Shown: positions 19,279 through 28,889 of the stretch, piece by piece
Layout: each line of letters begins with the position of its first letter
Numbering within the stretch: the first letter of the stretch is position 1
DNA from: Candidatus Babelota bacterium
GTDB lineage: Bacteria > Babelota > Babeliae > Babelales > RVW-14
Length of the DNA: 64,000 nucleotides
NCBI GenBank assembly: GCA_013289515.1
Contig: JABCZU010000006.1
Coordinates: forward strand, 1,773 to 65,772
Direction of reading: 5' to 3'
Notes under the pieces: generated by a model
The model's database searches: none
Told to the model about the DNA's origin: nothing
What the model saw: the letters and a program-made list of their open reading frames with translations, nothing else
Translations under genes and position numbers: made by a program

Positions 19279-20183
19279 ATATGATTTATATATTTCATTT
19301 GCGAGGTTGCCACCTCGCGCTGGCCTTAAGAGTGTTATCAAACACTCTTAAGAATCTCGTGACTAAGGGCTGCCGCCCTTAGAACCTGCTAATACGCTCA
19401 ACTTCCCCTTCGACGGGGCTCAGGGTGAGCGGAGCGCTATTCCGCTCATGGTGAGGAGCTGCGTAAGCAGCGTCTCGAACCATCATGGCAATTCATGTGG
19501 CTTTGCCACATTCTCGCCAGCCCTCCGATTGAGCTAGCTATGGACTTTTTTATTTTATTGATTTGTCACACGTGTATTGTCACTTTTATTACAACAACTC
19601 TCTGCAAAACGTAAGCAAAAATTATGTTGCATATCATGCGCTCGGACATGCAGCCCAAGGGGGCCGCAAACTCGCGAAGCAGTGAATTACTACGCCTCGC
19701 TTCGCCCGCATTGCGGGCCTCCGCTCCGTCTTTTTAAGAGGATCTTGGACTCCAGCCTTCGCCAAAGCTTCGGCGGACGGATACGTCCGAGATGACCAAT
19801 AAGGAATAGTTTTCACTTTTTTGTCATCCTGAACTTGTTTCAGGATCCAGTCCATTAGTATAGCTCCTCTTCGCGAGTTTGTGGCTCTTAGCCGCATGTC
19901 TGAGCGTTTAACTTGCAATAAGTATAGTACTTTCACATCGCAAAGAGCTGTTGTACATGAACCATAATATGAATTGCGCAAATCAATGAGATAAGAAAAT
20001 CCCTAAGTAGCCCGACATGCGGGGTGGCGCACATTGGCCTTTGGCCAGGGCACCGTCGCCGCTTACAAGGGCGTATTAGCAGTCCAGCTGCAAGCTGGTC
20101 ATGGAGATTTTTAAGAGGTTTTGAGAAACCTCTTAAAGCCAGCGCGAGGTGGCAACCTCGCAAACGAAATATATAAATTATAT
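19279..20183. mobile_element. Non-coding MITE-like element with ~115-bp imperfect terminal inverted repeats and nested REP-like hairpins
   Basis: 19279-19397 matches the reverse complement of 20071-20183 (tatatttc.tttgcgaggttgccacctcgcgctggc...ctgctaatacgc); no credible internal CDS. Confidence 0.65.
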
Positions 20184-20199
20184 AAAATAAAAAATCATA

Positions 20200-21117
20200 T
20201 TATTTTTTTAGTTTTCCAATAATCTTACTTGAGACATTCTCTACACTCAATCCTGCCCTTTCCTTCAAATACGCCCGACTCCCCGTTTCATGATAATAAA
20301 AATCATCAACACCAAACGCATGAAATATAACTTTATAATCAAGCGCTTGGCTCAGCACACTGCCGACCGCCTCGCCAAGGCCACCGATAAGTAGATGCTC
20401 TTCGATGGTAAAGATGCCATGTAGTTTTTTGTGGGTAAAAAAATTAATATCCAATGGCTTGATGGTCGGCATACTTACCAGGCCGATGCTAATGTCCAAG
20501 GCGCTCAAGTGTTGCTGCACCTGCCAGCCAAGATCAAGGGCGTTACCGGAAGCAACGATGTACGTATCATCGTGCGGTACTATTTCTATGGCCTTGCCTA
20601 GCTCAATAGCCTGGCTGCCTGCGTACGTTATCAACTCTTCATTATTAGAAAGCCGAATGTACGCCGGTAGCTTGAGGGCGTGTAACGCCGGCATGAGTGA
20701 TGCAATTTCATGCTTGCTGCCGGGGGCAACCACCGTCATCTCTGGCAGGCTGCGCATAATGGCAACATCTTCAATAGCATGATGCGTAACGCCCATCGGC
20801 CCGTAGCTGAAACCACCACCAACACCAACAATGGTTACCGGCAGCTGTTGGTAACACAGGTCGTCACGTACCTGTTCAAAGCAGCGTAGCGTTACAAACG
20901 GGATGATGGAATAGACGTACACTTTTTTACCGGTCATCGCAAGGCCAGCGGCAACGCCGATCATATTTTGTTCGGCAATGCCGGTATTGATGTAGCGTTG
21001 CGGATAGGCGGCTGCAAATTTTTCAATGACTGAAAAACCAACATCACCAACGAGCAAATAAATGCTTGGGTCAATGGCCGCCTGATCAAAAAGCCATTGC
21101 ATAAATACCGTTCTCAT
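20200..21117 (-). CDS. Transketolase-like C-terminal (pyrimidine-binding) subunit
   Basis: GIAEQNMIGVAAGLA, G.THHAIED, EEH..IGGLG. Confidence 0.9.
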   Translation of the reverse strand: MRTVFMQWLFDQAAIDPSIYLLVGDVGFSVIEKFAAAYPQRYINTGIAEQNMIGVAAGLAMTGKKVYVYSIIPFVTLRCFEQVRDDLCYQQLPVTIVGVGGGFSYGPMGVTHHAIEDVAIMRSLPEMTVVAPGSKHEIASLMPALHALKLPAYIRLSNNEELITYAGSQAIELGKAIEIVPHDDTYIVASGNALDLGWQVQQHLSALDISIGLVSMPTIKPLDINFFTHKKLHGIFTIEEHLLIGGLGEAVGSVLSQALDYKVIFHAFGVDDFYYHETGSRAYLKERAGLSVENVSSKIIGKLKK

Positions 21118-21968
21118 AGGCGGGTAATCTCCTTTTTTGCCAGCTGGTGCTGATCGCCTTTAAACGAGCGATAGTGCCATTCCAATTTATTTTCTATCTG
21201 CGCCAGCCCTTTGCCTTTCGTGGTATGGGCAATGATGACCTGCGGGCATGCTGCTAATTGCGGTTGGTTAAACGTATCAATGAGCGCGGCATAATCATGC
21301 CCATCAACATGCTTGACGCTGCAGCCAAACGCTTTGAATTTTACTTCAAGGCCGCCGGGGACCAGGTCATCCGTTTTATCAAGGCCTTGTAAGTTATTGT
21401 AATCGACAATGACGGTCAGATTATTAAGCTGAAAGCGAGCCGCCATCATCAGTGCCTCCCAGATCGATCCCTCTTGGCATTCACCATCACCAACCAAGGC
21501 GTATACTTTGCTTGGCCGTTGATCATGCTTGGCCGCGATTGCCAGGCCAACTGCCATTGGTAGACCGTGGCCCAGTGACCCGGTGCTTGCTTCAATCCCA
21601 GGAAATGCCCCGCGCTGCGGATGCCCACTCAGCTGCGTGCCGTTGCCATGGTAGCGCTTTAGCAGTTCTGCCGGCAGCAGCTGGACCGAAGCGAGTGCTG
21701 CGTACAGCGCGCAGGCGCCGTGCCCTTTGCTTAAAATAAAATAGTCACGTGTTGGATCGTTGTGTTTAATTTTTTCAACATCTAAAAAACAGTGGTACAG
21801 CACCGTCAAAATATCGATGATAGAAAAGCTGCAACCCAAGTGTGAACTGTTTGCAGCGGTTAGCGCATCGATGATGAGGTGTCTATTTTCTAGCGCTTTG
21901 AGCGCCACATGTTCAAGCAGCGCTGGTGATGTGGGGGGTACGTTGCTGATGTGTTGGGACGTGATCAT
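21114..21968 (-). CDS. Transketolase-like N-terminal (TPP-binding) subunit
   Basis: SHLG, RDYFILSKGH, STGSLGHG, GDGECQEG..WE, HTTKGKG. Confidence 0.9.
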   Translation of the reverse strand: MITSQHISNVPPTSPALLEHVALKALENRHLIIDALTAANSSHLGCSFSIIDILTVLYHCFLDVEKIKHNDPTRDYFILSKGHGACALYAALASVQLLPAELLKRYHGNGTQLSGHPQRGAFPGIEASTGSLGHGLPMAVGLAIAAKHDQRPSKVYALVGDGECQEGSIWEALMMAARFQLNNLTVIVDYNNLQGLDKTDDLVPGGLEVKFKAFGCSVKHVDGHDYAALIDTFNQPQLAACPQVIIAHTTKGKGLAQIENKLEWHYRSFKGDQHQLAKKEITRL

Positions 21969-22063
21969 GCAAAACTCCTTTCATGGGATTCGTGCGACTG
22001 GCAGATCATTTAAGAGTGGCACAGCTTGTTGCATTCTTGTGCAAGTAAGATAATACGTCCACA

Positions 22064-23086
22064 TTACACACCACACTGGCCGTTCGCCCGGACCGTGTCC
22101 GCCATGGCCTGGCGTGAAGGCTGGATGATGGAGGGGGTGGAATGGCCAACAGAATACAAATTCAAATGCTTTTCAAACCAATCAATCGACGCCACAAGCC
22201 CCTGGTGCAAATTGTACCGTGGTGCCCACTGCAATGCCTGTGATGTCTGCGCAATATCAGCCTGCCAACGTGCCGGCTCCCATGGGCGTGGTACCTGTGT
22301 GCCCCAATTGACGGTCAGTGGTTTTTGTAAAATGTTGCCAACAGTGTCCACCACATCCTGAATGGTAGATTGCACGCCGGTACCACCGTTAAAAATAAAG
22401 GCATCGGTTGGTAATTTTTTTGTAACCGCGATCAACACATCAACCATATCGCTAATATAAATGTAGTCACGCACGTAGTGACTGGCTGAAAGATTAATGG
22501 GCTTGCCTTCAAGGGCATTGGCGATAATGGTTGGGATCAGGCGCGTTGGCATTTCATAATCGCCATAGACCGAAAAAGGGCGTACGGTGTACACGGGGAG
22601 TTTATTAAAGAGTGCCTCTTTCAGGCAAAATTGTGTGGCTGCCGCCTTGGCAACAGCATAGTCGCTGATCGGTTCAAGTAATTGCCGTTCGCTCATTGCT
22701 ACCGGTTGCATGCCGTATTCCGATGAGCTGCCGGTATTGACAAAGCAGCTAAAGCCAACCTCTTTGCAGGCATTGAGCAGCGTGATAGTGCCATAGAAAT
22801 TAACATTGTACACCGTCATCTGATCACGTTGATGTGGCATGCCGCCGTACGAGGCCAGATGGTAGATAACGCCGGGCCGTATGGCGAGCACAAGGGTGCG
22901 TACGCCGGCAGCATCGGTCAGATCTATTTCGTGAATAACAAGTTTGTCTAGAAGGTCTGAGAGGCGATGCAGATCACTTTGCTTTTCCACTAAGAGGTGC
23001 ACGGTTGCATCCAATTGATGCGCCACAAGTTTGCGCACCAGATTTGCACCTATAAAACCGGCTCCACCGGTAACCAGTACTATCAT
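22064..23086 (-). CDS. NAD-dependent epimerase/dehydratase (extended SDR)
   Basis: TGGAGFIG, GSSSEYG, YAVAK (YxxxK), RDYIYI.D. Confidence 0.9.
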   Translation of the reverse strand: MIVLVTGGAGFIGANLVRKLVAHQLDATVHLLVEKQSDLHRLSDLLDKLVIHEIDLTDAAGVRTLVLAIRPGVIYHLASYGGMPHQRDQMTVYNVNFYGTITLLNACKEVGFSCFVNTGSSSEYGMQPVAMSERQLLEPISDYAVAKAAATQFCLKEALFNKLPVYTVRPFSVYGDYEMPTRLIPTIIANALEGKPINLSASHYVRDYIYISDMVDVLIAVTKKLPTDAFIFNGGTGVQSTIQDVVDTVGNILQKPLTVNWGTQVPRPWEPARWQADIAQTSQALQWAPRYNLHQGLVASIDWFEKHLNLYSVGHSTPSIIQPSRQAMADTVRANGQCGV

Positions 23087-23104
23087 GTCCTGCTCCTTGA
23101 AAAT

Positions 23105-24802
23105 TTACAAAGCGGCTATCGTCTCTGTCTTAACCACAATATGTTTACCGCATGCACTAATGCCATAGCAAAGAATTTTGCCCTGATAACCAAAATCTCG
23201 CCGCTGCTTTTTATAGTCATGTGCTTTGATTTGTTCAAGCGCCTTGTCTGCAGCCTTTGCAAGCACGGCCTGTGTTGACCGCTCTGTTTTTTTGAATTCC
23301 AAAAGGACTCCAATATCATTATGATCGCGTGGCATAAGCATAATATCATAGCGACCATCACCCGATTCACGGTTTGATTGTACGATGTATCGATAAGAAA
23401 GTTCGGCCAGCAACCCAAGAACAAACATGTCTACACTTCGCTCCATATCGTTTTTGGGGAGGTCATGAAAGCTACACATGTTATCAATATATCCTTGTAA
23501 CAGTATGGTAACGTTAAGCACGTCACCAGTAATCAGCGCTTCAAATAACTTCTTAAGCTTAGCAAAAGAGAATACTTTGCTAATCGCTTTTAGAACAAGG
23601 TCTCTATAAAGTACAACAATTTCTTTGTTTGGTAGTGCAAGCGTATAAAGGAATTTGTCATTGCGAGAAATGCGGTCGATTGCTGTAATGTATCCAGTGA
23701 ACAATAAGAAACTCCACGGCTCTTGATCTTCAGTGTCAAGTTCTGGAAGTATGACTCCCTCATCTATTACTTTCTCTGTTATAGGCTTGCCTTCGAGTAA
23801 AAGCTCAAGTTCTTTTTTTGTTTCATCACTCGCCTGAGCAATGACTTTTGCCACCAGCTCATTATCACTGGTATTGACCCAATAGGGCTTTAAGTCACCC
23901 CCCGCTTTAATACAATTCAACACTGACCAGGGATTATATATTTGCGTTTTACCAAAGGTGTAACCATTGTACCACGATCTGATGTCTTCTTGATGCTCGT
24001 GGAGGCCGTACTGAGTAATAAGCGCATTAACTTCATTATCTGTAAAACCAAACTTATCAGAATATTCCTTACTTAATACGCTGCAAACGGCCAGATTATT
24101 AAGTCCGGAAAATATTCCCTCTTTGGCTGTACGAGTAATACCAGTTAAAAAGGCACGATTTAGGGCAGAATTAGTTTTGAACACTGCTGAAAATAAATCT
24201 CGTACGAAACTTACCATATCAACATAGTAGTCATTGAGATAAGCAGCTATAATTGGTGTATCGTATTCATCAATAAGCACAATAGTTTTTTGACCGTAAT
24301 GAGCCTCTAAGGCCTCGGTCATAAAAAGTAAGCTATTACAATAATCAACGCTATCGGCAGTTTTTTTAACAAGGGCGTTGTACATGTCTTGTTGATCAGC
24401 ATCTAAAACATCGTAGATGGGAGCCATTGTGCGCTTTACCTCTTTCGCAAGCAGCCCAATAATTTGTTTATACGCATCATCCCAATTGCGCTTCTTAACA
24501 TCTTTAAGTGTTATAGAAATGACAGGGTATTGTCCCTGGAGGTCACGATATTTAGGATCTTTCCAGATGTTTGTTTTTTCAAAAAGGCATGCATTCGATT
24601 GCTTGGTGCGCTCAAAAAAGTATTTAAGCATAGAAAGATTCAAGGTTTTGCCAAATCGGCGAGGACGAGGAGTTAAAACAATCTCGCTGCCATCTTCCCA
24701 AAATTCTTTAATGAGCAATGTTTTATCAACATAGACGCTTCCTTTGTCAATAAGTTTTTTATAGTCATCGACGCCGATAGGAATAGAAGGCAGCGTAGTC
24801 AT
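23105..24802 (-). CDS. AAA-ATPase-like protein with C-terminal PD-(D/E)xK nuclease-like domain
   Basis: YVDKT, RPRRFGKT, LIDEYD, GLNN, YNPWS, SNRESGDGRYD, LLEFK. Confidence 0.88.
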   Translation of the reverse strand: MTTLPSIPIGVDDYKKLIDKGSVYVDKTLLIKEFWEDGSEIVLTPRPRRFGKTLNLSMLKYFFERTKQSNACLFEKTNIWKDPKYRDLQGQYPVISITLKDVKKRNWDDAYKQIIGLLAKEVKRTMAPIYDVLDADQQDMYNALVKKTADSVDYCNSLLFMTEALEAHYGQKTIVLIDEYDTPIIAAYLNDYYVDMVSFVRDLFSAVFKTNSALNRAFLTGITRTAKEGIFSGLNNLAVCSVLSKEYSDKFGFTDNEVNALITQYGLHEHQEDIRSWYNGYTFGKTQIYNPWSVLNCIKAGGDLKPYWVNTSDNELVAKVIAQASDETKKELELLLEGKPITEKVIDEGVILPELDTEDQEPWSFLLFTGYITAIDRISRNDKFLYTLALPNKEIVVLYRDLVLKAISKVFSFAKLKKLFEALITGDVLNVTILLQGYIDNMCSFHDLPKNDMERSVDMFVLGLLAELSYRYIVQSNRESGDGRYDIMLMPRDHNDIGVLLEFKKTERSTQAVLAKAADKALEQIKAHDYKKQRRDFGYQGKILCYGISACGKHIVVKTETIAAL

Positions 24803-24815
24803 TGTTATTCTCCAC

Positions 24816-24864
24816 TAAAAAAATGATAGGCTATGGAATGCTCGAACACCTCCATAGCCTATCA
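24816..24864 (-). terminator. Hairpin plus U-tract immediately upstream of the RBS of 23105..24802
   Basis: 14-bp stem tgataggctatgga/tccatagcctatca followed on the minus strand by T7, then ggag and ATG. Confidence 0.65.
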
Positions 24865-24924
24865 CACACTTAGTCTCAAAGCAAAAAACGGAAGGCGAAC
24901 AAAAAGCAGTACATGGTTAGTCAT

Positions 24925-24963
24925 CACCTCCGTTTCCTTGACCCGGCGCAAACCTTTTGGCTA
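24925..24963 (+). repeat. 39-bp direct repeat, copy 1
   Basis: cacctccgtttccttgacccggcgcaaaccttttggcta; one mismatch to 26687-26725. Confidence 0.9.
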
Positions 24964-24972
24964 GTGAAAACT

Positions 24973-26523
24973 TCACATGCCCCATAGATTAATCGTTTTG
25001 TTATCATACTGTTCTTGACGTTGATACACCTTTTCATCCCAGGGCTTGGTTTTGTTTCTATCAAAAATTATAAGATGCCCTTCAGTTGCATTGCTTTTAT
25101 CCATGTACTCGGCAGTTTGTTTAAGCCCATCGTGCAATGCTTTTGGTCCATAGTTGATTTTTAATTCCAGGACAATGCGTTGCTGCTGGAAGGTAACAAG
25201 AATATCAACACGCTTGGTGCCCAGTGCATATTCGCGATGAATAGTTCCACCGCCATTAACGACACGTTGCAGGAAGGCCATAAGTATTAGGTGCGGGCCA
25301 GATTCTTGGTAATTAAACTGTTCAAGCCAGATTTCGGAATTTTCTCTATAAAATTCTGTGAACTTGTGTAGTAATTTTTGCATATTCAGCGAGCCATCAG
25401 CATTCTTGTAATCTGGCGATTGTTCAATAATTGCATATTGAAATCTACTGGATAAAACCCGCGGCAAAATTTCCTGGTAGATGGGATTGGCAATTGTCAT
25501 GGTACTACGTTTGATAAGCCCTAAGTCCTCAACATATTTCTTATCATCCTCATCAGCAATAAGCATTGATGTTGAGCCGGTAATGATCGCATCGATAATC
25601 TTTCTTACGCGAGGCTCATTGAGACGATTAATAATGACGTCAAGGTGCGTGTCCTGTCGCTGGATAAGCGTCTCTTTAGCCCGCTCAATGACGTCCTTGG
25701 TGATAGGTTGACTTCGATCCGTAACATCAACAAAACAGGCCTGGCGACCAAGCGCATTCACAAGCCATGGTTGTCCCTGTGTTAAATAAAAGGCATAATC
25801 AATCGCTTCATCAGTAAATTTTTGGCCAGTCTGGCTTGTATGCTGCAGATACAAATTGCGCACTTCTTGTGCAGAAAAATCTGCAAGCACCAGGCTCTCG
25901 GCTTTAATGTTAAATGCGCTGCCGCCAAGAATTGTTTTTCCTTCTTTGTCAGACCAAATTAGGTAATCGCGTACATCGCGCACGCCGACAAGACAGACTG
26001 CCTGAGGAAAACTCTTTGGTCGATTCACATAGCCAGCACGTAATTGACGCAGCACAGAAATGAGGGTGTCACCGACAAGGGAATCTATTTCATCAATAAA
26101 AAGTACAATTGGTTTATCAGTATGTTCTGACCAAAATTGCAAAAATTCGTTAAGGGCGCCACCAGAGAGCATTGGATTATTTGCTTCACGCTGTAAGTAG
26201 GCATATGCCGGATCTTCTAGGCCAAAACATCGGCTAATATCTGTTTTAAAACAACTTAAAATGGTGCGAAGGCCATCAATAACATTGCTTCTTGCTGCCT
26301 GGGCAGGCTCAACATTAATATACAATGCCTTATAAGTTTCTTCGGCATTGAGTTGATCAACAAATATACGTATGGCTGTTGTTTTGCCACTTTGACGCGG
26401 TGCATGCAGGATGAAATACCTTTTGTCATTAATTAGATTGTGTACCTCATCTTCATCTAATCGATGAGGAATAAAGTAATGATCTTCTGGATTAACCGGC
26501 CCACTTGTCGTAAAATTTTTCAT
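24973..26523 (-). CDS. AAA-like ATPase with C-terminal PD-(D/E)xK-like domain
   Basis: F.TSGP, HAPRQSGKTT (Walker A), LFIDEID (Walker B), GQPWLVN, REYALGTKRVD, LELK; start placed at MKNF (26523). Confidence 0.85.
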   Translation of the reverse strand: MKNFTTSGPVNPEDHYFIPHRLDEDEVHNLINDKRYFILHAPRQSGKTTAIRIFVDQLNAEETYKALYINVEPAQAARSNVIDGLRTILSCFKTDISRCFGLEDPAYAYLQREANNPMLSGGALNEFLQFWSEHTDKPIVLFIDEIDSLVGDTLISVLRQLRAGYVNRPKSFPQAVCLVGVRDVRDYLIWSDKEGKTILGGSAFNIKAESLVLADFSAQEVRNLYLQHTSQTGQKFTDEAIDYAFYLTQGQPWLVNALGRQACFVDVTDRSQPITKDVIERAKETLIQRQDTHLDVIINRLNEPRVRKIIDAIITGSTSMLIADEDDKKYVEDLGLIKRSTMTIANPIYQEILPRVLSSRFQYAIIEQSPDYKNADGSLNMQKLLHKFTEFYRENSEIWLEQFNYQESGPHLILMAFLQRVVNGGGTIHREYALGTKRVDILVTFQQQRIVLELKINYGPKALHDGLKQTAEYMDKSNATEGHLIIFDRNKTKPWDEKVYQRQEQYDNKTINLWGM

Positions 26524-26686
26524 CCTACAGCGCTCTCCGCTTAAATTTTTTATAGACTTTGCTGTAGCCACAAGGCTCTACATTGTTACTGAATTTGTAG
26601 TATAGCAGATTTTATTGTTGTGCCCTAGATCCGGGCAGAGCGGGGCAAAAAAAGAGGGCAGTAACCTCTTGCATGGCGAGCGCCAC

Positions 26687-26725
26687 CACCTCCGTTTCCT
26701 TGACCCAGCGCAAACCTTTTGGCTA
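26687..26725 (+). repeat. 39-bp direct repeat, copy 2, overlapping promoter TTGACC-N18-TACAGT
   Basis: cacctccgtttccttgacccagcgcaaaccttttggcta; -35 at 26700, -10 at 26724. Confidence 0.85.
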
Positions 26726-26773
26726 CAGTTTTATACAGGATTTGTCATCATAAGCCATACCCTGGGAGGCCCA

Positions 26774-27961
26774 ATGCCCAACATCAAAAAAATATTCTAC
26801 GTCGTCCTGCATTGTGCTGCCTACCTCTTTGCTTCTCATGCCAGCCTCCTGGCAGGATGGCGGTCAAAAAACCCTTACTCTATCGTATTACACGCCCGTA
26901 AAGATTGCGGGATGTTTAGCATCTTTGATGATGTCCTGGATATGCTCAAGCGCTATGAGCGGGGACACTACAAAGGCGTCGAAATAGATTTTAAGCAGAC
27001 GGGGGCATATTATGATCCTGATTATGGCAACAACTGGTGGAGCTACTATTGCGAGCCCATCAGCCTGGGCCAAAAAGTAGATCCGCACATAATCCTGGGA
27101 GGCAATCCATACTATATTCGCTGGTCAAAGGGAGAAAAGTATCGTAATCAAGCGTTTAGGCTGATTCAAAAATACATGCGCATAAAACCTCATATCCTGG
27201 AAAAGATCGATGCGTTAACCAAGGACTTTAACAATCATTGTGTACTTACCGTTCACTACCGAGGCACCGACAAAATTGCTGAGGCGCCGCGTATTGAGTA
27301 TGAGGTATTTTTGCAGGCAATCCAGCAGGCTATAAAAACGTTTGGTCAGCAAAGCTATAGAATGTATGTGGCGACTGATGAGCAAGCTTTTTTAGACTAT
27401 ATCATCGCACACTTTGGCCAGCACGTGCTGTACAATAAGGATGCCTTCCGCTCAGATAACAACACGCAGGCGGTGCACCTCAACCCATTTTATAACCGTT
27501 ATAAATGCGGCGAAGATGCGCTGATTGATGCCCTTGTGCTTTCGCGCGGTAATTATTTAATTAAATCGTGTTCAAATTTGAGTCGATGGTCGACATTTTT
27601 TAATCCAAAACTTCCCTTTATCCAGCTTTCTCTGCCAAAAAACTCGTATGCTACCTGCTCACTCTTTGGTCAATTGGGCAACCAGCTTTTTGAAATAGCA
27701 GCCACGCTAGCTCCACCACTTCCCAGGCCGACTAAATCCAGCTTTTCCTGGTGGGCTGCCTATCTTAACAAAAATCCTGGCAAGGTGGTCATAGCCCCCT
27801 CACACTTTCAGCTTCCTATCTCACGGACAACCGGGGTACGTGCGACGTTGCCTGACTGGTCGATCATAGATATTGATTACAAAAAATCCCATGAGTCGTA
27901 TCCAAAGGATATGTATGCTTATGATGCATCTTCAATGTCACTTGATACGCAGAATGTGTGA
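26774..27961 (+). CDS. NodZ/GT23-like fucosyltransferase fused to an internally deleted GT11 remnant
   Basis: Leader; GMFS, NWWSYY, VHYRGTDK, YVATD, ALIDALVLS; tail has GQLGNQLF followed closely by SSFSWWAAYL. Confidence 0.75.
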   Translation: MPNIKKIFYVVLHCAAYLFASHASLLAGWRSKNPYSIVLHARKDCGMFSIFDDVLDMLKRYERGHYKGVEIDFKQTGAYYDPDYGNNWWSYYCEPISLGQKVDPHIILGGNPYYIRWSKGEKYRNQAFRLIQKYMRIKPHILEKIDALTKDFNNHCVLTVHYRGTDKIAEAPRIEYEVFLQAIQQAIKTFGQQSYRMYVATDEQAFLDYIIAHFGQHVLYNKDAFRSDNNTQAVHLNPFYNRYKCGEDALIDALVLSRGNYLIKSCSNLSRWSTFFNPKLPFIQLSLPKNSYATCSLFGQLGNQLFEIAATLAPPLPRPTKSSFSWWAAYLNKNPGKVVIAPSHFQLPISRTTGVRATLPDWSIIDIDYKKSHESYPKDMYAYDASSMSLDTQNV

Positions 27962-27990
27962 TGGGGGGTTGAGAGATAGGTTGGATTTCC

Positions 27991-28020
27991 TTGACGCTAC
28001 AAAAACGTTTTAGTTACAGT
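27991..28020 (+). promoter_or_regulatory. Sigma70-like promoter
   Basis: TTGACG-N18-TACAGT. Confidence 0.5.
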
Positions 28021-28090
28021 GGTACGTAGATAAATTTTTTCAGGAAAATACAGAACGTTATTAAAACTTATTAATCTAAAGGGGATACTC

Positions 28091-28813
28091 GTGACATCTA
28101 AAGGAATTATTTTTTGTTGTGTAACAATTTTTCTTAATGCGCATGCGGTCCAATACCACCAGCCCTATGCACCGTATTATAGCCAAATTGGTCAAGATAA
28201 ATATTTAAATGAACAGCTATTTCATAACAAAAAACATGGTGTCTTCGTTGACATAGGGGCACATGATGGGATTAGCTACAGCAATAGCTATTATTTTGAA
28301 AAAAAACTTGGTTGGAAAGGGATTTGTGTAGAACCGCATCCGGACAGATATAAAGAGTTGGTTAAAAATAGAAAGGCAGCATGCGTTCAGGCCTGTATTG
28401 CTAATGCTAATGGTAAAGCAAGATTTTGCAAGATAACTGGACCCCTTGAAATGCTTAGTGGATTGATTGATGAGTATGATCCCCGCCATCTGATAAGAAT
28501 TGACCAAGACCTGAGTACACATGGGGGGAGCAAGCAAATAATATCGGTAGACGTGTTTACGCTTAAATTTGTTCTTGATAAATATAAAATAAAAAAAATA
28601 GATTTTATGAGTGTTGATACCGAGGGTAGTGAATTTCCCATCTTGCAGTCCATTGATTTGAATAAGATCTATATTGGCGTCATTGTTGTTGAAAATAATT
28701 ACCAGGACAATAAGGTTAAAAATTATTTACTTAGTAAGGGCTATGAGCTCATTAAAAAAATAGAATATGATGATGTATATAAAAAAAAGAATTATAATCC
28801 CCGCCAAAAATAA
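28091..28813 (+). CDS. FkbM-family methyltransferase with signal peptide
   Basis: YSQIGQD, FVDIGAHDG..SNS, WKGICVEP, SVDTEGSE; leader ending AHA. Confidence 0.88.
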   Translation: MTSKGIIFCCVTIFLNAHAVQYHQPYAPYYSQIGQDKYLNEQLFHNKKHGVFVDIGAHDGISYSNSYYFEKKLGWKGICVEPHPDRYKELVKNRKAACVQACIANANGKARFCKITGPLEMLSGLIDEYDPRHLIRIDQDLSTHGGSKQIISVDVFTLKFVLDKYKIKKIDFMSVDTEGSEFPILQSIDLNKIYIGVIVVENNYQDNKVKNYLLSKGYELIKKIEYDDVYKKKNYNPRQK

Positions 28814-28889
28814 GGATTGGTCATATTTTTGAGGGCTAACGCCAAAAGGTGTCTATTCTATGACGTGTGCACATTCAATGTGAGATGGC

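Noticed and set aside
19279-19545. Possible tRNA, tmRNA or riboswitch in the hairpin-rich region
   Set aside because: No cloverleaf, T-loop or known riboswitch consensus recognised; better explained as a repeat element, though an Rfam scan is needed to exclude an ncRNA
19577-20163. Short ORFs 19577..19795, 19634..19981 and 19933..20163
   Set aside because: Translations of palindromic repeats (e.g. WILKQVQDD, PSAEALAKAG); no recognisable domain or transposase motif
24824-24864. Hairpin as an integron attC site
   Set aside because: Lacks RYYYAAC/GTTRRRY ends and no integrase is nearby
26615-26773. Upstream extension of the NodZ-like ORF from a TTG start (similar extensions at 12059, 15657, 26571, 44474, 46876, 50803, 61457, 63832)
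   Set aside because: These overlap promoters or intergenic DNA; downstream ATGs with RBS or leader sequences are more plausible
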